Notes under the pieces: generated by a model
Told to the model about the DNA's origin: nothing
Database searches by the model: none
The model's input: only the letters and a program-made list of their open reading frames with translations
Translations under genes and position numbers: made by a program
DNA from: Octopus vulgaris
Taxonomy: Eukaryota
Assembly (NCBI GenBank): GCA_951406725.2
Contig: OX597825.1
Span: 11,098,001-11,162,000, forward strand
Length of the DNA stretch: 64,000 nt
Direction of reading: 5' to 3'
Shown here: positions 25,846 to 39,106 of the stretch, piece after piece
Position numbering within the stretch: the first letter of the stretch is position 1
How the letters are laid out: the number at the start of each line of letters is the position of its first letter

Positions 25846-26390
25846 TATAGGTGCAGATATGGCTATGTGACTAAGAAAGCGGCGAGCTGGCAGAAACGTT
25901 AGCATGCCGGGTGAAATGTGTAGCCATATTTCGTCTGCCGTTACGTTCTGAGTTCAAATTCCGCCGAAGTCGACTTTGCCTTTCATCCTTCCGGGGTCGA
26001 TTAAATAAGTACCGGTTACGCACTGGGGTCGATATAATCGACTTAATCCGTTTGTCTGTCCCCTCTGTGTTTGGCCCCTTGTGGGTAGTAGAGGAATATA
26101 TGTGACTAAGAAGAGTGTTTTGCAACCACTTGGTTTCAGGTTCAGCTGTACTGTGTAACACCATGTACAACATCTTCTATAACTCCAGGCTGATCAAAGC
26201 CATGTGAGGTGTTTTGGTGACTGCAAACTGAAAGATACCTGTTGTATATGTGTGTATCTGTGTTTGTACCACATTGTCATGACATCACCTGATAGTTGTA
26301 AATAAGTTTCACTGCTACAAAAGGAGTGTCATTCATTTTTCAGTCTTCATGTAAACAGGTCTGATCATGGGAAAATATTATCTACTAAGT
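25846..26390 (+). mobile_element. Family B SINE interrupted in its A box by a family A SINE
   Basis: Host head resumes after the duplicated tatgtgactaagaa. Confidence 0.75.
25878..26098 (+). mobile_element. Young full-length Meta-domain SINE (A1) with 14-bp TSD
   Basis: TSD tatgtgactaagaa at 25864-25877 and 26099-26112. Confidence 0.93.
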
Positions 26391-26460
26391 CTTCCTGACT
26401 ATATTTCTATATAGCCCTTCACTTTTACTGCTTTTGAAAAGGCATGAATGATAAAACTAT

Positions 26461-26959
26461 GCAAAATATCAGCTACTGGGAAAGACTGAAAGTATTAAAC
26501 CTCTTCTCCCTAGAGTGAAGGCAGGAGAGATATGCGGTGATATACATCTGGAAAATCCTGGAGGGTCTTGTCCCAAACTTTGACATTCAAAGTTACCCCA
26601 ACCGCAGAATGGGGCGCCACTGCATGGTGCCAAAGACTCCAACATCACCATCAAAATACAGGTCCAGATACTGCAACAGCTTGGGTTTCAGAGGACCACA
26701 GCTCTTTAACATCCTCCCTAAATGTCTGAGAGACTTACATGGTGTGGATGTGGGTTTCTTTAAAACTAAACTGGATCTCTTCTTGTCGGAGGTTCCAGAT
26801 GAACCTACCTCACGACAGGAGGCAGCATCAAACTCCCTTATTGATCAAGTGCCACGTATCAGAGGTGGATTCACATATTAGTGTAGCTCATTCAGTGGTG
26901 GTGCCCCAGCATGGCCGCGGCCTTCGGGCTAAAACATTTTTAAGGATTTAAGGATTTAA
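26461..26959 (+). mobile_element. CR1-group LINE 3' end
   Basis: SYWERLK..SLE*RQERYAVIYIWKILEGLVPNF...SLGFRGPQLFNILP...VPDEP; (TTTAAGGA)n tail. Confidence 0.9.
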
Positions 26960-27779
26960 CTCTGTGTCATTATATTTATTCCGTAAAACACAATCTGCTG
27001 TTTCTTTCTCTGTTTGAAAACTGACATTTGGCAGTGTTATCCATGTATAAAAGTAAACTATTTAGTTTAAAATGTTTGGTTTTAAGGGTGTCAATATTAG
27101 GATTGAGTTTTTTTTAATATGAATAATGAAATAAGTGTAAATGAATGGAAATTGCTGAAAAATAGATTATAGGATTCCTTGTCAATAGTATCTGTGGTCT
27201 GAAAATGGATATGTTTTCCATATAAAGGGAGCTGGAAATAACTACTAAGCAGTGATATCAGCTGGACTTGAAATCTTTGTCTAGTTTCTCTTTAGAACTT
27301 ACTCAAGTGTTAAGATGAGAATAAATTCACCTTTGATTTTTACTTTGTGTATGAATGTATGTGCGTGAGTGCATGCATGCATAGATATATATACATGCAC
27401 ATAGATATATACATACTTTTGTGTGTGTATACATATGCATATACATACATTTATATATACTCACATGTGCATACACACACACACACACTTACACACATGC
27501 ACACACACACACGCATGAATGCACACACACACGCATGCATGCACACACGCACGCACACCCATGTATATATATAATTTTGTATAATAAAATAATGTATAAC
27601 TTGTTTCATTCATTAATCAATCTAATTATTTGTACTTCCTCTAGTGATGTGTGTTGTTTTGATTGTCTTACAATGATTGAAATCTATGCTTTCTCTTTCT
27701 TTGTATAGAATATTGTCTTCGTTTTTATTAGTGTGTAAAACCTAGTTTCATATGATACCAAACTGCTGTTGTAAAATCA

Positions 27780-27928
27780 AGTTCTGAGTTCAAATTCCAC
27801 TAAGGCTGACTTTGCCTTTCATCCTTTTGGGGTCGATAAATTAAGTACCAGTTGCTCACTGGGGTTAATCTAATCGACTGGCCCCTCCCCCAAAATTTTA
27901 GGCCTTGTGCCTAGAGTAGAAAAGAATA
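27780..27928 (+). mobile_element. 5'-truncated Meta-domain SINE (A2 tail)
   Basis: B box, Meta domain, ggccttgtgcctagagtagaaaag tail. Confidence 0.85.
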
Positions 27929-28477
27929 TGTGATTCTGTAGAAATTTCACTATAACTAGGGAGTAAAAAATTATGCAAAATCATAAAATAGTACTTGCAA
28001 TTCTTTATGTTTTACATACAATGGATTTAGTTCTGGTAATTCCATCTCACAAACATATGGATCAACTTGGTGCAATAAAACTTTACCAGGAGATGTAAGC
28101 CAAGCTGGTAATGTGTTACTATTGGCAGAACACTCTTAAAACCAAAATGTCCTTCATAAGTTATAACTGTACTGAGTAAAGAACTTACTGAGTGAGGATA
28201 ATGTATCAGAAAATACTGCCTCTCAATAAGAAACAGGGTAACTGTATATTAGGAGAGATAATCTAATAGCTTACTGGATAATCCCATAGTATCCTTCAAT
28301 GAAACCATTGCCACATGGGTTGTAAGGGATAGTTTTGTATTTGATGATTCCTTGTTTATTCAAATGATCTTTACATCCTTTGTAAGCAATGATGACCTAA
28401 AATGATAGGAATGTATCCTGCAGTGGTATCCAATGTTAAAATTTGATATAGACATTTTATAGCAGTTTAAAAACTCA

Positions 28478-28809
28478 TCTCTATATATACAAACGCAAAA
28501 TGTCTGTGTGTGTGTGTATCCTTTATAGAAATCCACAATTTTTCAGTTAGAGGGCTCGCACTTTCTATGGTCATTCAAAACCATCCAAGGGTGGTCGTGC
28601 ACATCTTTACATTTCCCCAGTTACCCCGCAAAGCCATTAAAAAATCAGCAGAAGTGACATTTTTGTGAATTTTCTATCCAAAACCCAATCAAAACGCCTG
28701 AAACTTGATATGCCAATTGAATGCCAGCTAGCTGCATGTGATTGGTCAGAGATTTGGACAGTACTCGCGTGTATGTGTGCACGCACGCAGCTGTATATGC
28801 ATGCACTAG
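28478..28809 (+). mobile_element. Probable non-autonomous Helitron (different family)
   Basis: A|TCTCTATATATA start, imperfect cgcgtg..cacgc hairpin, CTAG|T end. Confidence 0.6.
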
Positions 28810-29427
28810 TATTTGAATAAGATATTGCAAATAAAAAAAGGAAAGTGTAGGAGTTCTTCAATGGCTTCAAAGAGATATTTATTGTGAGTGAGTATTGATA
28901 CCAATGTCACTAAAGTTACTCCATAGGATGAGTAGACTTGATAAGTGTACCTTGTAGTGAATGAAATAACTGAAGCTTAAAACTGGTGCACAGACAGCAA
29001 GACAAATAGGTCCTTTAACACCCTCAGAAGAGAAAGATGAATTTTCAGATTGCACAAAATGAAGCATTTTTGTTATTTCTGGACATAATGGCCCTTTGTG
29101 TGTTTCAGATAATGTAAATGGTAAAATAAATGCTCAGAAGTTACATGTCAGTGCACAACATGTTTTTTTTTCTGTTTTGTTTTGTTTTTCTGGGATGGTA
29201 ATTAATGGTGCCAGAAAAAGATGGAAGCTGAAAATGATATTCCAATATCTTGTTATTTCCATTATCCACCTGTTGATCAGTGATGAGAGTAAAATGGCTT
29301 TCAGCAATTGGATTTCTTTCTCTGCTCATGAATAGTGTAAGTTTACCTTACAAGACCAAGAGTACTTGACATGAAAGCAACAGGTTTGTCTTCTTGTCTT
29401 AGAGTAGTTGAAACATCAGCATCATCA

Positions 29428-29600
29428 GCGCCGTTCAAGAATTTGGACCTGGAGATCTCCATTTCCTGCGACTTCGAGGGCCACCTCCCAGTGGTGTCGG
29501 GTGTCAACAAGACGACCAAAGTTTTTTTTTTCCAAGGTCTGGGGTCTCCCGCCCCTAAGCCCTAGACCATCACCTATCCATCTTGTTGCTTAACAACAAC
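29428..29600. mobile_element. Unclassified retroposed insertion with 16-bp TSD and (CAA)n end
   Basis: aacatcagcatcatca at 29412-29427 and 29601-29616. Confidence 0.8.
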
Positions 29601-29866
29601 AACATCAGCATCATCAAATTCAAGAATGAAAGTTGAAGTTTCATCAATAGCTACAAGGGGGATGGTTGTAATTACTTTTCATAAGTATTAAAGGTTATTA
29701 AGTGCTTTTGAGGATATTACTGTGTTTCTGATAAGAATATGATTTTATTAGAATTTATGGATCCATTTTGCATAATATGCAAGTTTACCCAGTTCTGCAC
29801 AGCATCTTAAGATATGAGATATCAGCCAAGTATTTTGACAATCCTCTATCAAATAATAGATTTGGA

Positions 29867-30266
29867 GGATCTTTTCGGTTTGAACGGCAGTTTTTTCTAG
29901 CGGTGTCATATGAAATTGTCACCCATAATTATGACCCTAGTATCGATCTATTGCATTTCAATCTGTTTAAGGGTTAGGGTTAGGGGTGGGGGAAGGGTAT
30001 CTTGTAAATAAACCCAATCTGTTTCTTAAACAAGGGACATATTCATACGGCACAGAATGTTTTCACCTCAATAGACGTCATTGATTGGTTGAAATTGCAG
30101 AAATTGAAGAAAAAAACAACAAATATCTTACAAACTATAGAATTTTCTCAATAAAGCCAAGAGAAAAAAATGTTTTATAAACACATTCTACCAGTATACA
30201 AAGTTTTAAAGTGTTTAGTTACATGGAAATTATTTTCAAAAACTGCCGTTCAAACTGAAAAGATCC
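29867..30266. mobile_element. 400-bp MITE, 28-bp TIR, 8-bp TSD (Merlin-like)
   Basis: TIR ggatcttttcggtttgaacggcagtttt (1 mismatch); TSD gatttgga; GG termini. Confidence 0.88.
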
Positions 30267-30820
30267 GATTTGGAGTCATTCAGTCTTCAGTTTTAGGTTT
30301 TACATACATTTCTAAACTTAGTGGCCTAAATTATTGCTATCTGGGGAGAAAAGGGTGACTAATGGTTCACAAGGCTGCTGCTCTGGAGAAGGCTTGGGAT
30401 GTATGATATATTGATTGATTTGAGAGGAAGAAAGACAAAGTACATAGAATATATTTAACTGGGATACAGTGTTAAAGTGTTTTCTTGCACTGAAGAAGTA
30501 ATTCTAGCTTTAATGATATTGTCTGGACATTTAATATGATGATGTGTTTGAAATACTTCCATTAGAGATGGAAACATATTGGGCAAAACTTGTCACCATT
30601 AGCTTATTATATAGTACATTTAGGTAAAGAATACAAACTTTACAAATTCTCGATTCCTGAATTCAATAATTATATATGTTTATTCTCTGTTAAAGGGAAG
30701 ATAGAATATAAAAGTGTACATAAAAAAACGAAGAGCAAAGTGGTAATTGAACACGCATTTCTTTGTGATACTCTGAATTCTTTCTTTTTAAAATTACATT
30801 CACATGCATTATATAAAGAA

Positions 30821-31206
30821 CTAGCAGTATCGCCCGGCGTTGCTCGGGTTTGTAAGGGAAATAACTATATAAGCATTTTTAGAGAGTTATAGCAAAAAAA
30901 TGCATTAAAAATGGAAAAAAAATTATGGTAAATTTTTTCTTAAATCGTTGACTCATCGTAGATATTTTTAGAGAGTTACTTCCCTTATATAATAGCGAAA
31001 AAATGCATTAAAATGGAAAAAAATTATGGTAATTTTTTTTTTAATCGTAGACTCATCGTAGACGCGCGCTAATACCCAGAAGGGCTCGATATGAATCACG
31101 ACTACAAGATACCCGGTTTTGGTTAAACTGCACCGCAAAATGTGGGAGTAGTTAGGAATCTAAATCGTAGGAGACAGACACACAACTTCACTTTTATATA
31201 TAAAGA
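30821..31206 (-). mobile_element. Non-autonomous Helitron with internal duplication
   Basis: A|TC...hairpin...CTAG|T; CpGs retained. Confidence 0.9.
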
Positions 31207-31229
31207 TATGCAAACTGCGTTAAAGGGCT

Positions 31230-31753
31230 GAGGGATTTACTCGGGAGAATCCCAACATATACGCGTATTAACGATAAAATAATAGTACTTAAAGAGATGT
31301 ATAGCTCAGGGTGGGACAGGAGAGAGTTTATTCTTTGTTGCAGATCACCTCAAAATCTGAATATATTTTACTGCTCTAATCTTTAGATTAACACGGGGCT
31401 TTAAATGAGAGTGGAATGAAACTGGCCACCAAAGTTTGCCTCACCTGGATGCTTATGTAAGAAACGGGAGAGTAATTTCATACTAGTTCGAACGCAACGG
31501 TGAATCACACACTTATATTCGAAGGGATGTAAAATGAAACAAAAAAAAACCCCAACAATATGAATCAAAATATTGCGGATTGTTTATTTCTGAATAGCTT
31601 TCTGCGTGTGTCTAACTTAATCGGGACAATAAAGAAATAAAGTGAAAGAAAAAACGTGTAACCCGTTTCACAGAATGTGTGATAGAAATTGCGTACTGTG
31701 TTTATCTGTCGACGATCAGAGAGTTGACGAAAATAAAACTAAAGAATTCTCCT

Positions 31754-31801
<48 letters not shown>

Positions 31802-32938
31802 AAAGTATCGCATTCTAGTCTGTTATAAAATATGATGGGAAGGGAGAGGGGATCTCGAGTCGATACGACTGATTGGGTCTGCGGTTATTAACCAGGTAAG
31901 CTGTAGCAACGAGAAATGACCAGAGTAGCAGTAACACTCACACCTCCATCGACACCACAACCACTACTACTACGACTACTACTACGGCTACTACGGCTAC
32001 AAATATCATTTAGAGTAGCAGTGGAGTATAGCGGCCAGTAGCAGCTTTACTGCTGCAGGAAAACAATACATGTTAGGAGTACAGCCAGACAACAGGCATT
32101 TTATTACATTCTCCTTTTAAGAAAAAAAAACAAAACTGTTTCTCAGGGACTTTGACGACAGTGAAGGAAAAAACAAAAAGAGAGAGAGGCACATATCAGA
32201 TATTCTACTGCTGAACAGGTAGTGGTTTTTACCTTTAATTAGACGTATATACATTTTTTTTTTGTTTGAGAATTATATTTCTTTCAATTGATCAATTTAA
32301 TTCAGTTGGCTGTAATTTTAAATGAAGATTGCTTTATTTCTTACCATCATTCCTTTTTTTTTTTTTATTATGGAAATAACTATTGCTATAAGATTCTGTA
32401 AAGGGCAGTTTATAGAATTCATTTTGCTCACCTGTTGAATGCTTATGCAACTTTGTATGTATGTATTTAAGAGAGACAGACAGACAGACAGAGAGAGGAG
32501 AGAGAGGCTGTGGTGAAGACGTCATTTTTAAAACCCTGTAGCTTTCGGGTTGCCAAAAAGATTATTGTTGAAGAATACTCGATTTATTTATTAATGCAGT
32601 AATAAAAGATCACCATTCTTTATCTTGATTGTTATCTAGATTGGGAAACAATAAAAGTACAATATTGATGGTGATGAAGATGATGATGATGTTGATGGGG
32701 GATGGGAATGAGATTTGGAAAGTAGCTGGGTCCTGTAAGAAGATCTAATTATATTGTGAATTGTGAAAATAATTTTAAAGAGTCGAGCATTGATTGAAAC
32801 AACAATTCAATAATAACGAATGTTTCTTAAATACTGATTGACCTGTTCGATGTATTTATAATGAAACATTTTCTGGTCCGATCACCTTCTTCAGTCCATT
32901 CCACTTTGGGACGTTACATACATGATCATATAAACACA

Positions 32939-33018
<80 letters not shown>

Positions 33019-34400
33019 TACACACACGTGTGCGCTTATGTATATATACACGTAATCACTCGCATGCGCTTTCTCTTTCTGTATCTCTCTCTCTGTCTCT
33101 GTCTCTCACCACATCCATGAAATGGTATCGATGATGAATTACAATGAAAACTTCCTGTTCGGGATTTTAAATTGATGTATGTGTGTGTGTGTGTGTGTCT
33201 ATGTATGTGTTAGTACATGGAAGACGATGATGGATGATGTTTCTGGTTCTGATTAATCTTCAGGTGTCGGTTCATATTTCTTTTGATGTGTGTTGTGTGT
33301 ATATAAAAGAATTGAATTGTGCAGCTGTAATTTACTAACTAAGTTAACTGTTGTTTGTTGTCAACTAGTTTCATTATTAATGTGGAGGAATTATTTTTCG
33401 ATTTTAAAGAGGACCTTTTTAATGTTCTCTTATGCTGACTTTTACTTGAACACGCTTTCTCCCTGTAAATCAGATGTTGGTCAGCCAACCTCTTTTACAC
33501 ACACACACACACACGCACCTATCTGCCTATGTGGATGCGAACAAACATTCTCTGTATCATAATCATTTGTTTAATTTCTAATGAAAGCGTCGGATATAAT
33601 ATGCTCCAAGGCAGGTGAAAACGGAAACTAATGGATTACAGCATCCCTCTTTTAATTCCGGATCGGCTCAAATTTCATCCCAACGAGGTCGGATGATACT
33701 TCTTCCGAAAGGAAATTGTTACTGTGCTTTGTTAGAGAGAAAAAAATGTTGTTGCGATTTATTTGACTCTAGGAAATGAAAGAAAACTAAAAAAAAAAAC
33801 CCAGTTTTACACACGAATGAAACCCAATTGAAATCATACATCAAATTCGTTAAACTTAAAGTCGTATAGGAGTGGAAGTTGTGACGTTAATGTCCTAAAA
33901 TAGAGCACAACCGGTAAAAACATCTACAAGTGGGTTAGAAACTGTGTTAACGGACTCGATTTGCGGGTAGCTTCCATCTAATAGCCGACCCACATTTAAA
34001 GGATCTACAAACCTTACATGCTCCCTCCCCACTTCTCTCGTCTCCCACTTCTACAATCTGGTTTTCCTATCCCACCTTTCACGCTCCGGAGAATAATTTG
34101 TGACGGTTTTGAAGTGGTCTCTTTGATGTCCGCCTGTTGCTATGGGCCGTGATATTATAGCATTGCAGTAAATTTCGTTGTGATTCGTTACTTTTCATGT
34201 ATTTCTCGCTTTCAACAATTTCGGTCCTTTCACAAATGGGTGGAAGAATAATAAATACACTGTTCTAATTAAATGGAAAGCCTCGATCAGCTGAACGCTT
34301 TAAACTGTGGGACGATTACCATAATCATTAACCCACAAATTCTGCGTGACATAAAAACAAATTATTTCTATTCAATGGAAGTATGCAAATTTTGCAGGTC
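31230..34400. promoter_or_regulatory. CpG-retaining, TE-poor region; candidate promoter with non-coding first exon (about 31900-32218, +)
   Basis: Visibly more CpG than flanks, no SINEs, reverse CCAAT (ctgattgg ~31869), (CTA)n tract, donor cag|gtagt at 32218/32219. Confidence 0.4.
32935..33027. repeat. (CA)n microsatellite
   Basis: Direct inspection. Confidence 0.95.
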
Positions 34401-34441
34401 CTTCGGTGCTATTGAGAGTGAGAGATAGAGATAGATAGATA

Positions 34442-34476
<35 letters not shown>

Positions 34477-35718
34477 AATACATACAAGTAACCCTTCAAA
34501 ATTTCAGTAGCCTGTGTTGAAAGGGAAATAACTCCCTTTCAGGCTTTCTATATATTATGTCAACAATTAAGGTTTTAAGCTTTAGAAAATACCAGTTAAT
34601 GTGGGACAAACGGTTTTAATCCACGTTGCCTTTCTCTTTCTACAATATGCAGATAGGAAAGAAAACAAATGTTAATTCCTTTATTACTGAGTAAATAAGC
34701 ATATATATGTGTGTAAGTATATGTATGGTTGAAAAGTTCGCATATACTCATATGTTCTCGGTTCGATCCCATCATGCGGCTATTTAACTTCGGATTGATG
34801 GATGAAGTCTTGTGGTTGAAATTTGGTAGATAGAAATTGTGGTGTGTGATTAAACTAAAATGTGCTGTATAGTTGCGTGTGTGTCCATCTGTTGTATGTG
34901 TTTAAGTGTCCCAACTTAATATTCCTCTTGTAGAGCACTCTGAAGATATTTTACACTATCTTACTTAGAGATTATTAAAATTCATAGAGTGACTGCTTCG
35001 TTCCTGCTCGATCTGTATACTAATCACTCGTAAACTCAACTACTACTCTACATTGTCTAGCTTAAATGATTATGTGTCGTAAGTTCAACAGCGGCTGACA
35101 TAGTGAATAATTACCAAAACTTCTCGATGCCCAACGAAGTAAATATTCTACCTTGCCTTCAAGTAGTGTATTTAAGGTTCATTCTTCCCGTTTATTTCAT
35201 TCACATAAACATAATAACACTGACTATATGTTGGATCGTTGTGCACACCAAATTATTAAAAATCTCGCGTAAATTAGCTAAAATTATTTTATCTAACTTC
35301 GGCTGTAAGTCAACTATACTTACTATTATGTGTGTATGTATCTAAAAGGACATTAGTAAAGGAGTGTCAAACAAAATCAGTGTTACAAATGTACTTTGTG
35401 GTATTTTAGTCTGAGTTACATCCCTTTCTACCTACATGAGGTGGTTAGAATAAATACTTGTTGTAGTACTGAGGTCGAGATATTGAATAAAAACGTTGAA
35501 GTCGGTGCTCGAGTATGGCCAACATGCGAAGGCTGAAACTAGTGAAAGAATATTATATGTGTATGTAGATTCTCTGCTTAAATTGGGTTTGGTATTTTTT
35601 ACTACAAAACTGACTTAGTGACAAAAGTAAAAGAGAAACTGAGGGGGCTAAGTATAGATAGATACGTGAGAGTTTTCCATTCCTTCTTACAGCTGTTCAT
35701 TCTTCAAACGAGAGGGAT

Positions 35719-35812
35719 TCATCATCATCATCGTTTAACGTCCGTTTTCCATGCTAGCATGGGTTGGACAGTTCGACCGGGGTCTGGGAAACCAGGAGGC
35801 TGCACCAGGCTA
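35719..35812 (-). mobile_element. Short family C 3' fragment
   Basis: (CAT)n plus cgtttaacgtccg tail. Confidence 0.85.
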
Positions 35813-36417
35813 CTGGCTACAAACAGCGACTAAATCTCTGTCAAATTAAACTTACTGACTTATAAAGGAATGATACAATGCAACCCTAGTTACACTTTTG
35901 TAAAAGAAGACTGTGTAGCCACAGCTGTTATGCATTTGATCATAGATATGTTTCATCAGGATTGACTTGAGGTAAAATAGCAATTGCTCATTCTTTAAAA
36001 TACCTAAAATATTACAATCATTTACCATTCTTATTATAGCAAAGGTTGTAGAAAATGGTATTAATTCATTTCTTAAAGAATCTTAGTTGAATACTTCTTT
36101 ATTCCAGATGTAATTGTATATTGACTGTTAATTATTACAATAAAATAAAATTTCAAATTTTAATGCTGCCCTTGTAAAATTTTCATTACTCACCCTTAGG
36201 TGACAACTTTTCTCAATTCTAGTGAAACAAAATATCAGTTTCGTTTTGGGATTTAGTTTGCAAGATTCTTTATGTGAGTTTGTGTGTTGAAGCATATTCT
36301 GTTGTGTCTGGGGAGAATCATTCTCTTTTGGTTCCTTATAATTTAACATTGCATAACATGTGCTTATATATGATAGTGGCTGATCTTGGATATGTTTCTA
36401 ATATTCTACCGATATCG

Positions 36418-36615
36418 AAGGTGGTGAGCTGGCAGAGTTGTTAGCATACTGGGTAAAATGCTTACCTGTCTTTATGTTTTGAGTTCAAATTCCATGGAGG
36501 TCAAATTCCTTTCATCGGCAATAAAATAGGTACCAGTTAAATATAGGGATAGATGTAATTGGCTTACTCCCTCCCCACAAGTTTCTGGCCTTGTGCCAAA
36601 ATTTGAAAACCGATA
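36418..36615 (+). mobile_element. Meta-domain SINE (A2), decayed
   Basis: ggtgagctggcagag head, B box, tail ggccttgtgccaaaa. Confidence 0.75.
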
Positions 36616-36879
36616 TTCTACCATTATTCTTGTCTTCATTAGTTTCAAGACATACATCTAAAACTGTAGTCTAGGTTTTTCTACTTCATTTTATTTCAAA
36701 GTATCCAGGGAAGCACATAAAATGACTACAGTGTGCTTTTTCATGCGCGAGTTCTTTAGATCTTTGGTTTGTTTTAACTTACACAGTGAGGTCTGTGTAT
36801 ATGTATGTGTGTATCTGTATACATAAGTATGAGTGTGAACACACACAGACACACACACATTATGACATGGTTCAATACC

Positions 36880-38330
36880 TTGAATTTCTCTCATCAGTGA
36901 CCACTATTACAGCTTCCACAGAGCCAAGTCTACTGGAGAACTATTCTCTTATGTCACTCATCACTCATCAGTTCTCATGATAGAAAAGTTTGATGAAAAC
37001 AAAGTTGTTGCCCTACACATAAGCAAAATCTTTGACTGTATTTGGCATGCAAATCTGCTTTCAAGACTTCCCCTACATGAATCCCTACCCATTTCTCATA
37101 TCATTGAATCAGTACTTCCTATATAATTGCACCATATTATGGCATGTGTTGACAGTTTCTTCTATCCAACTCTGGTGTTCTTTGAAGTTTGGTTTCAACC
37201 CCTGATCTCTTCCTTCTATACATCAATGACCTACTTACCACTACATACAACAAATGTCCACTCTTACGCAAATCACACAACACTTCATTCCTTCCTTCAT
37301 TTCCCCCAACCAGCATCACCCACTTAAAGCTTAGAAACCACACACCAAACTTGCATAGATTCCACAACTGGAAACCCTGAGAATGCCCTCCAGTAGGACC
37401 ATGCCAACCTTATTTCTTTCAACAGGAAAAAAACACAAAAAGCAGAAATCAAAAGAGCTAATGCAGTATTCATCAAGAAAACACCACTGTACTACATCCC
37501 CATTAAACATGAGCAGCACTCATCTTAGATTTCCCACAGTCACTCCAAATGTTGAACCTCACTTTCAGTAACGAAATCTCTATCATAGCTAGAATCATCA
37601 TCATCATCATTTAACATCCGTTTTCCTTGCTAGCATGGGTTGGATGGTTCGACCGGGGTCTGGGAAGCCAGGAGGCTGCACCAGGCTCCAGTCTGATCTG
37701 GCAAGGTTTCTACGGCTGGTTGCCCTTCCTAACGCCAACCACTCCGTGAGTGTAGTGGGTGATTTTTACGTGCCACCAGCACGGGGGCCAGGCGAGGCTG
37801 GCAACGGCCACGATCGGATGGTGCTTTTTACGTGCCACTGGCACAGAAGCCAGTCAAGGTGGTGCTGGCATCGGCCACGTTTGGATGGTGCAATTGGCAC
37901 TTCACTTTAGGGCCAGAAAATAAAGACCCAATAGCTGCTAACATTCAACAAACCTCAAGTGTGACCCAAAATGTAGTACTGCTCCAACATCTGCAACAGA
38001 GCTGCTACTATGCATGGAAACACCCTTTACCACATCCAGAAAAGAGTTACTTGATTAATTAAAATTCAGTCACAGCCTCTGACCCAGTGGCCTGCTGTCT
38101 CCCTGCTCTCTCTCTCTCTCTGTCTTTGAGCTGGCTGGTCTCCTACCTCCAACACACAGGCATGCCTTGTCTATTTGTCTTTCCATCTCTCATCAGTCTT
38201 GATACCTCCAATCCCATAATCCTTGTGCTGCCCATTATGTCCAGGTCTTTCTTGCCAGGACATTGGGAATCTCCTCTTTGTTCAGGTCTTTACTGCAGAT
38301 GTTGAAACATTTGTAACCAAACTTTAACAG
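36880..38330 (+). mobile_element. Decayed jockey-group (CR1/L2-like) LINE RT fragment, interrupted by family C
   Basis: VALHISKIFDCIWHANLL and LFLLYINDLL..HSYAN motifs; extent after 37892 uncertain. Confidence 0.65.
37595..37892 (-). mobile_element. Family C element
   Basis: (CAT)n tail, core, two units plus the start of a third. Confidence 0.9.
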
Positions 38331-38728
38331 CATCAAGTTTGCCAGTTACGGAGGACCTGCAAAGGTTGTGAGGAGTTCTCTTTCCATCAGACAAGTAAAA
38401 AAGAAAAAAAAAAAAAGGCAAGCTTACAAACACACACATGTATCAATACACACATACACATTATGTGTTTGCTAATTGTAAATTAAAAAAGAAAAGTTTG
38501 CTTTTACTTGGTAGGCCTGTAGGAAAAGGCATTGCTCATTACATTTGCTGATGCTTTGAGACTGATTATCTTGATGCCATTAATCAGTTCTATTTAAAAC
38601 TATTTGAACTAAAACCTGCAAGGAAAGTGTGAGCAGCGGTGCAATATTATAGGGACAAAGGATTTCATAGGGAAATTGAAATGTGCATACACCTGCTTCC
38701 TAGTTTCTGACCATGTATGTACTGTATA

Positions 38729-38946
38729 TATTTCTTTTACTACCCACAAGGGGCTAAACACAGCGGGGACAAACGGATTAAGTCGATTACATCGACCCCA
38801 GTGTGTAATTGGTACTTAATTTATCGACTCTGAAAGGATGAAAGGCAAAGTCGACCTCGGCGGAATTTGAACTCAGAACGCAGTGGCGGAAGAAAAACTG
38901 CAAAGCATTTCGCCGGGCGTGCTAACGTTTCTGCCAGCTCACTGCC
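38729..38946 (-). mobile_element. Meta-domain SINE (A1) with ~25-bp TSD
   Basis: tttctgaccatNNatgtactgtata at 38704-38728 and 38947-38971. Confidence 0.92.
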
Positions 38947-39106
38947 TTTCTGACCATACATGTACTGTATAGATAAATTGCTTACATTCATTATAAGACA
39001 TAGTATTGGCTAAAGGAAACAAAGCAAAAAAATAGACAGAGACATGGTATATACTATATTATAGAATAGAATTATATATATATTTATAAATGTGTGTGTG
39101 TATATG

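Noticed and set aside
28860-29400. Tc1-like transposase remnant (FSD..K, FQ..H)
   Set aside because: Too degenerate and no TIRs found
29971-29985. Interstitial telomere
   Set aside because: Only about two TTAGGG units, internal to a MITE
33235-33268. CUGAAGA...GAAAC hammerhead on minus strand
   Set aside because: No stem II or stem I pairing
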